DNA of 64,000 nucleotides from a virus (lineage: Duplodnaviria; Caudoviricetes), in the IMG/VR virus record IMGVR_UViG_3300011008_002712. One strand, written 5' to 3'. The notes beneath the pieces were generated by a model. The model saw nothing but the letters and a program-made list of their open reading frames with translations, ran no database searches and was not told the origin of the DNA. The position numbers and the translations under genes are program-made. Positions 57,381 to 64,000 of this stretch are shown one piece after another (positions within the stretch are counted from its first letter, which is position 1; each line of letters begins with the position of its first letter).

Positions 57381-57413
57381 TTAAATAAAAATTTGTTTAA
57401 CAAATTCTTCGAA

Positions 57414-57638
57414 TCAAGTTTTCTTCACAGTTGCAATAGAATTAATAAGTTCAAGAAATTTCTCGAAACCACTACCCTCAGCAACCTCAACTGTCCAGAC
57501 AGAGTTCTCGCCGTCAGACTCTGAATAACCCTCATTGGCGTACTCATTAAGAAAATCACGCACCACAGGATTTTTCTCTGCCAAGGTTTGCATTTCTGAT
57601 TCTTTGTAGGAAATACTGTAAGTCACAAACTTTTTCAT
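57414..57638 (-). CDS. hypothetical protein
   Basis: 74 aa with AAGGAGA RBS. Confidence 0.7.
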   Translation of the reverse strand: MKKFVTYSISYKESEMQTLAEKNPVVRDFLNEYANEGYSESDGENSVWTVEVAEGSGFEKFLELINSIATVKKT

Positions 57639-57653
57639 TTTACATTTCTCCTT

Positions 57654-59003
57654 TCAAGCCCTGACATTCCAGATTCGTTCATAGATCGGAACAAACTTTT
57701 CTTTCAGTTCTTCGAATCTCAGATAAAGAGTATCTTCCTTCCCATCATTCTTGAATTTCCGAACGTTTTCGTTATAGAAAGAAGATGTGTAATAGAGATA
57801 CTGATAATAAAACATGAAGAATTCCATTTTCTTTCGAACAACAGGATTCTTTACGAGGAACGCCGACTTGGAATCATAGTCCTTGTAATCTTCAGGAGAA
57901 ACAAAAGCATAATATTCATCCCAGAGTTTTGTTCCTCTAAAAGGCATCAGGAAATTTCCACAAACCATTTCAGGTTGTAATTCTTGGAATCTATCTATCA
58001 GTCTTCTGTAGAAATCAATTCCTTTTTCTTTGCCAATGATTTTTAGAGGATTCACGATGAATGAAAGATAAGTAAATATTCCATACTTCTTCAAAAGCTT
58101 TACGGCTTCACTCAATTTCTTATTCTTAGAATAATCAACAGTAATATCTTCCAATCCAAGACAAACCATATAAACATTATTTTCTTTGAAATATTTAACC
58201 ATGTCTTCGTTTAGAAGATTTGCTGAAGCAAAAAGATAAATTCTTGCTCCTGTTCGATTTATGATGGATAGTCGTTCTTTCCAATCTTTCTGGAGAGGGA
58301 AATTCTCATCCCTGATAAAAAGATAGACATTTTCACCTTTGTCCAATCTTTCTTTTGCTTCTTCTTTCAGAATCTCAACTTCTTTCTCTATAAGAGAGAT
58401 CGGTTTGGATTCCAAAGATAAACACATTAATGGAGAGCAACAAAAATCACACCTCATAGGACAACTCTGCGAAGTGTTGATAGATATTGCCAATTCATGC
58501 GGAAGTTTCTCAGGGATAATCTGTTGATTAAAAGAAGCATCGTACAAATCATACCGAGGAACATTTCGGTAATTCGTGATTCCTTTTACAACTTGACCTT
58601 CCTGCTGAATGGTAGAAAAGAAATCATCGCAAGTCCCGACTATGATTTTCTCAGCATACATTTCGAAATCTTCTGGGAAAGTTGTAGGATGATAACCACC
58701 AACTATGATTTTCTTTCTGTCATGTTTTGAAGCCCAGGATTTGAATTCATCGTATCCTGAGATGTAGACAGCACAGGCGTAATACATCACGTCGCCGTCA
58801 TTGAAATCAATGTTATGCAGTGAATATTCCACATTATCTCCTTGCGGAAGAACAGTCAGGAGAGAAGGTTCTAATCCCAGATTTCCCTGCTGTTCTGGGA
58901 ACGACAACCCAATAATACGATTTTTCTTTCTTTTTGGTAGAATGTCTTCAAAAACAACTTCTTTCCAAGTTTTTATCATTGCATTACCAACCCTATCTTG
59001 CAA
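57654..59003 (-). CDS. Cobalamin-binding radical SAM protein (class B methylase-like)
   Basis: IIVGGYHPTT B12-domain motif; TSQSCPMRCDFCC (CX3CX2C); DENF; LGLED; PFRGTKLW. Confidence 0.85.
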   Translation of the reverse strand: MQDRVGNAMIKTWKEVVFEDILPKRKKNRIIGLSFPEQQGNLGLEPSLLTVLPQGDNVEYSLHNIDFNDGDVMYYACAVYISGYDEFKSWASKHDRKKIIVGGYHPTTFPEDFEMYAEKIIVGTCDDFFSTIQQEGQVVKGITNYRNVPRYDLYDASFNQQIIPEKLPHELAISINTSQSCPMRCDFCCSPLMCLSLESKPISLIEKEVEILKEEAKERLDKGENVYLFIRDENFPLQKDWKERLSIINRTGARIYLFASANLLNEDMVKYFKENNVYMVCLGLEDITVDYSKNKKLSEAVKLLKKYGIFTYLSFIVNPLKIIGKEKGIDFYRRLIDRFQELQPEMVCGNFLMPFRGTKLWDEYYAFVSPEDYKDYDSKSAFLVKNPVVRKKMEFFMFYYQYLYYTSSFYNENVRKFKNDGKEDTLYLRFEELKEKFVPIYERIWNVRA

Positions 59004-59031
59004 ATATTTTAAAATACTAATTTTTCAATTT

Positions 59032-59259
59032 TTATGCTCTGAACGATGAAGTATCGACAACTGGCAAAAATGTATCAGACATAATCAGAGCCGTGGTGTG
59101 GTTCTCGTAATAAGTTGACGTTGCTGGCATAGCAGTTGAAAACATAGGTTTTCTCGGTGCTCTGTATTCATATTCAAATTCTTCTTGTTTTTGCTTAAGC
59201 ATCTTTTCTTTTTCTTTTTTCTTTTGACGCCTACGCTTCATATTTCTGGAAAAGCTCAT
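59032..59259 (-). CDS. Small basic protein
   Basis: 75 aa with K/R-rich N-terminus. Confidence 0.55.
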   Translation of the reverse strand: MSFSRNMKRRRQKKKEKEKMLKQKQEEFEYEYRAPRKPMFSTAMPATSTYYENHTTALIMSDTFLPVVDTSSFRA

Positions 59260-59265
59260 AAGCCG

Positions 59266-59478
59266 TTATCCTTCATTCTCTTTACTTATCTTGATATTAT
59301 TGTCCTTTAACATACCTATTGCTATCCATAGAGCAACTTTACATTCTTCGACGTCTTTTTCTTCAAAAAGGCCGCCGCAAACTGCAAGAAGACCGTCGTT
59401 GTAAGCATTGGCCAATATATTAGCAATTTGTTTTGAATCGCAACTCTTGAGTCTGTTAAAAGTGTCTGTCATTCGCAT
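59266..59478 (-). CDS. hypothetical protein
   Basis: GGGAGTG RBS. Confidence 0.65.
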   Translation of the reverse strand: MRMTDTFNRLKSCDSKQIANILANAYNDGLLAVCGGLFEEKDVEECKVALWIAIGMLKDNNIKISKENEG

Positions 59479-59678
59479 TTGCGATCACTCCCATACCACC
59501 TTTCTTCACTAGCAAAATTACTTAATAAATGTTAGCGCTCCACATCCATTGTTGATATTGCCCATGCCAATACCAATCTTTGTATTGCTGCTCTTCTATT
59601 AATTCTTCATATCGCTCCATGACTAATTTAAGTCGCTTAATTAATCGCCACCGTTTCATCTTGATTAAAATTCCCTCC

Positions 59679-59927
59679 TTATTTTGACATTATTCTCTGC
59701 ATTTCTGTTATTGCAAGATTATAACCAGATTCGTATACATCACTATATTCTGGATCATATTTCATACCTTCAAGATCTATTTCCACTAGTGGACAATCTT
59801 TGTGACGTTCTATGCATGTATTGTCAAGCAATGCACCAGTTATTTGGCATTTATTTTGATATTGAAACCGGCAATTGTTGCAGCTATTTGGCATATTAAA
59901 ATGCTTAATAGCAATCACTTCTCCCAC
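59679..59927 (-). CDS. Small Cys-rich protein
   Basis: MPNSCNNCRF..C..CPLVE. Confidence 0.7.
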   Translation of the reverse strand: MGEVIAIKHFNMPNSCNNCRFQYQNKCQITGALLDNTCIERHKDCPLVEIDLEGMKYDPEYSDVYESGYNLAITEMQRIMSK

Positions 59928-59932
59928 TCCTT

Positions 59933-60124
59933 TTATACTATTTTAGCTTCTCCAATAAGTAGATACTTGAAAATCCTATCGCATGTATTCCAACTTTGTC
60001 CTCGCAAATGTAATCCTCTTGGCCAGAAATCTGCAGTATATATCGTATTTTCGTGTTTGACTTGAAACATCTCTCCAAGCTGCTTATCAAAAAGAGCAGC
60101 AATGATAGTCATTTTGTTTTCCAT
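59933..60124 (-). CDS. Small phage protein (AALFxKxLGExF family)
   Basis: GGAGGG RBS; paralogue of 54647..54889. Confidence 0.7.
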   Translation of the reverse strand: MENKMTIIAALFDKQLGEMFQVKHENTIYTADFWPRGLHLRGQSWNTCDRIFKYLLIGEAKIV

Positions 60125-60156
60125 TGTAAATCCCTCCGTATCAAAATCTTTTTTTT

Positions 60157-60188
60157 ATTATATCATTTTCTCATTTGTTTGTAAATAG
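60157..60188 (-). promoter_or_regulatory. Early sigmaA-type promoter
   Basis: CTATTTACA-N17-TATAAT with TG extension. Confidence 0.8.
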
Positions 60189-60202
60189 ATTTTATGCATT
60201 TT

Positions 60203-60514
60203 TTATAATCCCTCATAAAAAATGCATTTTTCTTTGTATTCTCTGAAATATTTTTTATACATTCGATACAGCTTTACTTTTTTTATTTCTTCAAGTTTGT
60301 ATCTTCTTAGAAGCTTAAAATAATTTCTAATTGATGATTCAATGATCTCTTTGTTTGAATAAATCTCAATAGTATCTCTTTTTAAGATCAACGTTATTCT
60401 ATTAAACATTTTTATGTAAGAAGCATATAACATTTTATAATTTCCATCTGGCAAGATACTAACGATAATATCATTTTCAGATAGATTGGGATTTTTTTTC
60501 TTTCGTTTTCTCAT
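60203..60514 (-). CDS. basic hypothetical protein
   Basis: 103 aa with AAAGGA RBS. Confidence 0.6.
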   Translation of the reverse strand: MRKRKKKNPNLSENDIIVSILPDGNYKMLYASYIKMFNRITLILKRDTIEIYSNKEIIESSIRNYFKLLRRYKLEEIKKVKLYRMYKKYFREYKEKCIFYEGL

Positions 60515-60655
60515 AGTTATCCTTTACGAAATTCTTAGAGAAGTTTTTTGCATATCTCACGCCTTCTCATGTCACTGTCAATGATAAATTTAGATCATCG
60601 AATATAAATATATACAAAAATAACCGATGATATGACTCACCGGTTATTTTGTGAT

Positions 60656-61183
60656 TTAAAGTTTCTTAATTTCTTCTACATGCTTGACGATAAAATTAAA
60701 TATATTCATATCATCATTGTTCAAGTGCTTTTTATTTTTTGAAACAAGCTGATAGACTTTGGCCTCCAGGTCCGTCATGCATGTCTGTGCGTTGTTTTCT
60801 GCATTGAGGAATTCCCAGCCATTGATGAACTTCCAACCGGTGCCATCAAACATTGAGTCACTTGGGAGAAGAAAACCACCGCCAAAATTCTGAAGTATTT
60901 CTGTTAGAATCTTAACAGAATTTCCCCAATATCCCAAGCTCAGAGAAACGGATGTTCCTTTGACAGGTTTGACAGGATATGTATTGTCTTCATCTTCCCA
61001 ATCTATGAGATGAACGAACAATGCCCTATTATCTTCTCCATCTTTGAAGTAAGCCACATAGAATATATAGCCGCAAGTCTCATTAGATTTAACATTTACG
61101 TTTTTGTATTTGGACTCAATGTATTTGGTAAGTTGAATGATATTGATGCCTTGTTTCATAAATGCTTTGGAATCTACACCCAC
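60656..61183 (-). CDS. hypothetical protein
   Basis: 175 aa, AAGGAGAG RBS, terminator at about 60618-60650. Confidence 0.75.
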   Translation of the reverse strand: MGVDSKAFMKQGINIIQLTKYIESKYKNVNVKSNETCGYIFYVAYFKDGEDNRALFVHLIDWEDEDNTYPVKPVKGTSVSLSLGYWGNSVKILTEILQNFGGGFLLPSDSMFDGTGWKFINGWEFLNAENNAQTCMTDLEAKVYQLVSKNKKHLNNDDMNIFNFIVKHVEEIKKL

Positions 61184-61198
61184 GGAAATTCTCTCCTT

Positions 61199-61627
61199 TC
61201 AAATATTGTCAAGCAAATACTCAAATCTTTTCTTTCCTTCATCAGACTGATTATAGCCCATTACGATATCATAATCATTTATAACAGATTTGGGATAATT
61301 AGCATTTCCATCGACTAATATCAAATCAGTGTTTGGACGGAACTTAACACGACGTTGGAATTCCTCTTCAGACCAACCATTTTCTACCACATAATGGAAA
61401 TGTAGCAGATTCATAAAAATTAATTTTTCTACTGAAGGCCGAAAAAGCAATTTATAAAATTCTCTTTCACGCTTTTTACCGAATGGATCCCATTCATCAT
61501 ACCAGTTGCGAAATTTATCAATCATGCCATAAATTTTATTAAAAAATTTTTCCAACTGTTGTTTAGCAGATAATTTTGTTTCTTTTATCCAATTTTTCAT
61601 AAACTTTACTCTTCTCGTTTTATGCAT
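61199..61627 (-). CDS. hypothetical protein
   Basis: Coupled ORF; likely start MKNWIK. Confidence 0.65.
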   Translation of the reverse strand: MHKTRRVKFMKNWIKETKLSAKQQLEKFFNKIYGMIDKFRNWYDEWDPFGKKREREFYKLLFRPSVEKLIFMNLLHFHYVVENGWSEEEFQRRVKFRPNTDLILVDGNANYPKSVINDYDIVMGYNQSDEGKKRFEYLLDNI

Positions 61628-61875
61628 AATCTTTTGTTATGACCAGCTTCTTTCAATGGTCCATGCGGAGCTTTTGAATTAGCAGTTTTCAAAGCTTCTT
61701 GAAAATTCTCTTCAGTGGTAGCATCTACATCTTTGTACAAAGTACTATGATCACACCAATGTACTGTCCAACCATGAGGACCAGCGTCAATATCAACAGG
61801 ACTACCATCTGTTTCTACAAAATGGCCTTTCTTTTCAATCTCTTTACTTGGCATCATACCAAAAAATCTATTCAT
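61606..61875 (-). CDS. hypothetical protein
   Basis: 89 aa; FFGMMPS..IDAGPHGWT. Confidence 0.7.
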   Translation of the reverse strand: MNRFFGMMPSKEIEKKGHFVETDGSPVDIDAGPHGWTVHWCDHSTLYKDVDATTEENFQEALKTANSKAPHGPLKEAGHNKRLCIKREE

Positions 61876-61900
61876 AATTAAACATCCTTTAATCGTTGAA

Positions 61901-62137
61901 TCAGTCTTCGTTTTTATTTACAGCCTTTTCAGCTTCCATCTTAGAATTAAAGATGATCGCTGAGTGAAGTACTGCCTGTACATGCTGAAGATGTTTTTCG
62001 GCATCGTTAAACATTGTCTTTGCTTCTGTTTCCAGCATCTTGAGATCCTCGATATCCATGAGTCCATTTTCCAAAAATTTCGGTGTAATCTTAGCCATAT
62101 GCAAGTCTCCTCTCTTATATAACTGAAAAAAGTACAC
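61901..62137 (-). CDS. hypothetical protein (likely start MAKITP at 62098)
   Basis: GAGGAG RBS. Confidence 0.65.
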   Translation of the reverse strand: MYFFQLYKRGDLHMAKITPKFLENGLMDIEDLKMLETEAKTMFNDAEKHLQHVQAVLHSAIIFNSKMEAEKAVNKNED

Positions 62138-62353
62138 GCTGTTCTTTCAATTCATAGATCACTTCCTTTAGTTTATTATGTGGGGAAATCGAAACAAAAG
62201 GCCAAGCATCTTTCTTAAAATTACAGAATTATTAGTTTGAACAATTTTTACTTAAAATTTCTGAGAGTACATCAAAAAATTATTTATTTTTATTTAAAAC
62301 AATGATATAATCTATATTAGAACTTGGTGTCAATATTATTGGAGGTTGATAAA

Positions 62354-62695
62354 ATGAAAGAAGTAGTTTTAGTAAACATGTACACTGAAGACGATAATGT
62401 ATGCTTACAAACAATGGGAAAGAAAATGTTTGATTCTTTGGAAGATTCAACTCATCGTATAATATGTGATAATGAATCTCCAGTAACAAAAATCTCAAAA
62501 ATCAATATAGCAAAAACAATGCATGAGCAAATGTATTATGAATGGAAAGACGGAAAGTTTTTCACACATAGAACATCTCTCCCTAAAATCATTAGAAATT
62601 ATATCTGCATAAGAAAAATTTTTCAATTAGCTAATCCAACATTTTTGCATCTCCTGATTGATATTGATATGAAGATTTTTAATTTTGGAACGTAA
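62354..62695 (+). CDS. hypothetical protein
   Basis: TGATATAAT promoter, GGAGG RBS, start MKEVV. Confidence 0.6.
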   Translation: MKEVVLVNMYTEDDNVCLQTMGKKMFDSLEDSTHRIICDNESPVTKISKINIAKTMHEQMYYEWKDGKFFTHRTSLPKIIRNYICIRKIFQLANPTFLHLLIDIDMKIFNFGT

Positions 62696-62830
62696 AAAAC
62701 TGCTACGATTGGCAAGTCCTTTATCGTGAATTTTCCCCTTTTTCCAATCTCTATGAAACACTTTTAAGATCTTTGCATGCTCAGATTTGCAAGATTCAAG
62801 CTCTTTCTTCATTGTAGTCAAATCTCTCAT
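62627..62830 (-). CDS. hypothetical protein
   Basis: GGGAG RBS, downstream of a promoter. Confidence 0.6.
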   Translation of the reverse strand: MRDLTTMKKELESCKSEHAKILKVFHRDWKKGKIHDKGLANRSSFLRSKIKNLHININQEMQKCWIS

Positions 62831-62856
62831 ATCATCATCTCCCTTAACTTGATTCC

Positions 62857-62888
62857 ATTATATTACAACGTATAAAATTTGTAAATAG
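62857..62888 (-). promoter_or_regulatory. Early sigmaA-type promoter
   Basis: CTATTTACA-N17-TATAAT. Confidence 0.8.
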
Positions 62889-63060
62889 ATTAAGAAAAAA
62901 TTTTTGTAATTAAAAAGGCTAGAAAACTCTAACCCTATAAACTTAATTGATCTCCTTTGTAAATTATGTGATTGTACTTTCATGCTGTACATGAGTACCA
63001 GTAATACGTCCAGTGGAATGTTTAATACTAATCTTAATATAATAAAAAGAGGTGACATAT

Positions 63061-63537
63061 ATGAAAAGACTATCAAAATTTAACACATTAGACATGGAAG
63101 ATTTAGGATTAGATACAACAAAAGCACTAAATTTAATACAACAAACAGATAAAAGATTAACCCCTAATGATGCCATTTTATATAATAATTCTTATTGTTC
63201 GTTCGGAGGAATATATAAAGAAAATAATTCAACAGCGAAAGACAATACATTATTTGCAGTAGAATTTTATGCTTATCTTATATACAATGATGAACTTGAT
63301 GACGATATGGCTTACGTAGGAGTAATCGCTACAAATATTAATTATTTAGATGAAAATAATGAATTAACTACTCCAAAATTGGGCCAAGGGCAATACGTTG
63401 AAATTTATAATTCAAACAAAAAACCTAATGAACTAATCAACGAACTTAAAAACAATGTTAGCGTACACGGATTATCTTTAAAATATATTTCTGGAACATT
63501 TGATGAAGCAACTCAAAAATTAGATATTTGTGCTTGA
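63061..63537 (+). CDS. Protein with MKRL leader
   Basis: GAGGTG RBS, then MKRLSKF. Confidence 0.75.
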   Translation: MKRLSKFNTLDMEDLGLDTTKALNLIQQTDKRLTPNDAILYNNSYCSFGGIYKENNSTAKDNTLFAVEFYAYLIYNDELDDDMAYVGVIATNINYLDENNELTTPKLGQGQYVEIYNSNKKPNELINELKNNVSVHGLSLKYISGTFDEATQKLDICA

Positions 63538-63854
63538 AGTTCTTTCATTGCTTCTTCAAATTTTATGTCTTGAAATTTAAGAAACACAGTAACACATGGA
63601 GATAGATTTTTTGAACCAGGAGCACGATGATCTTGAACCAAGAAATCATTAGAGACTACAATTTCAGTCTCTATTTTTTTATATGATGTAAGATATGCAA
63701 ACACTAAAATCTTTTCGTTGAGAGAATTTTTGATTGGCGCTATTCCTTTAAAATTTTTCAAATGTTTTATATATGGTTTCATTTCTGTAGCGTTACTGCT
63801 AAGATATACATTATGATCATTTAAAAGTTCATAAAGCATATTGATATTTTTCAT
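63513..63854 (-). CDS. hypothetical protein
   Basis: 113 aa with GAGGAG RBS. Confidence 0.7.
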   Translation of the reverse strand: MKNINMLYELLNDHNVYLSSNATEMKPYIKHLKNFKGIAPIKNSLNEKILVFAYLTSYKKIETEIVVSNDFLVQDHRAPGSKNLSPCVTVFLKFQDIKFEEAMKELQAQISNF

Positions 63855-64000
63855 CTAACTATCTCCTCAAAAGCAATTAGTTGAGTGGGTTCAATATTTT
63901 TTGATTGATAATTTTCTATGCTTTCTCTAAATAATTGAATATACTGCCTGTAGTAAAAAAAATCAATATTCGCAATGATCGAAATACTCTTATCTTGAAA

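Noticed and set aside
59500-59660. Short ORF MKRWRLIKRLK... with RBS
   Set aside because: About 45 codons and possibly frameshifted; insufficient support, and MKRW does not match the MKRL tag.
1-64000. Alternative genetic code (TAG or TGA recoding, as in some gut jumbo phages)
   Set aside because: Code 11 gives dense, full-length genes, and TAA, TAG and TGA all terminate coupled genes; only one isolated in-frame TGA was seen.
1-64000. tRNA, rRNA or riboswitch
   Set aside because: No cloverleaf/T-loop or recognisable riboswitch consensus found by eye; a tRNAscan/Infernal run would be decisive.

Overview
This AT-rich 64-kb window is almost entirely minus-strand coding and looks like a slice of a large (jumbo-type) myovirus of an anaerobic Firmicutes host; the host is inferred, not shown. 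From about 1.5 to 36 kb lies a virion/morphogenesis region: repeat-rich fibre proteins, putative head proteins, a phage sigma factor, an M16 peptidase, the terminase large subunit, guanylate kinase, a PAAR spike, and two tandem tail-fibre + partner modules. From 37 to 40 kb is an unusual operon: a radical SAM/SPASM enzyme with a non-canonical CX7CX8C motif, surrounded by four otherwise unrelated proteins that all begin MK(I/L)RxDF(V/I)TNSSSSS. This is the best candidate for an undescribed system. A frameshifted tnpB-only IS200/IS605 element follows, then metabolic genes (uraA, NMN adenylyltransferase-like, RNase HI) and a degenerate AAA_21 ATPase. Two related non-coding elements sit at about 48.8 and 52.3 kb. 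An early-type region (53-64 kb) is driven by six near-identical CTATTTAC-N-TATAAT promoters and includes a B12-dependent radical SAM enzyme. Many small proteins share an MKRLxK N-terminus, and the window starts inside an IS1595-like (ISSag10-like) element that interrupts a phage gene. No tRNA, rRNA or CRISPR array was seen. All family calls are by eye from motifs; no searches were run.
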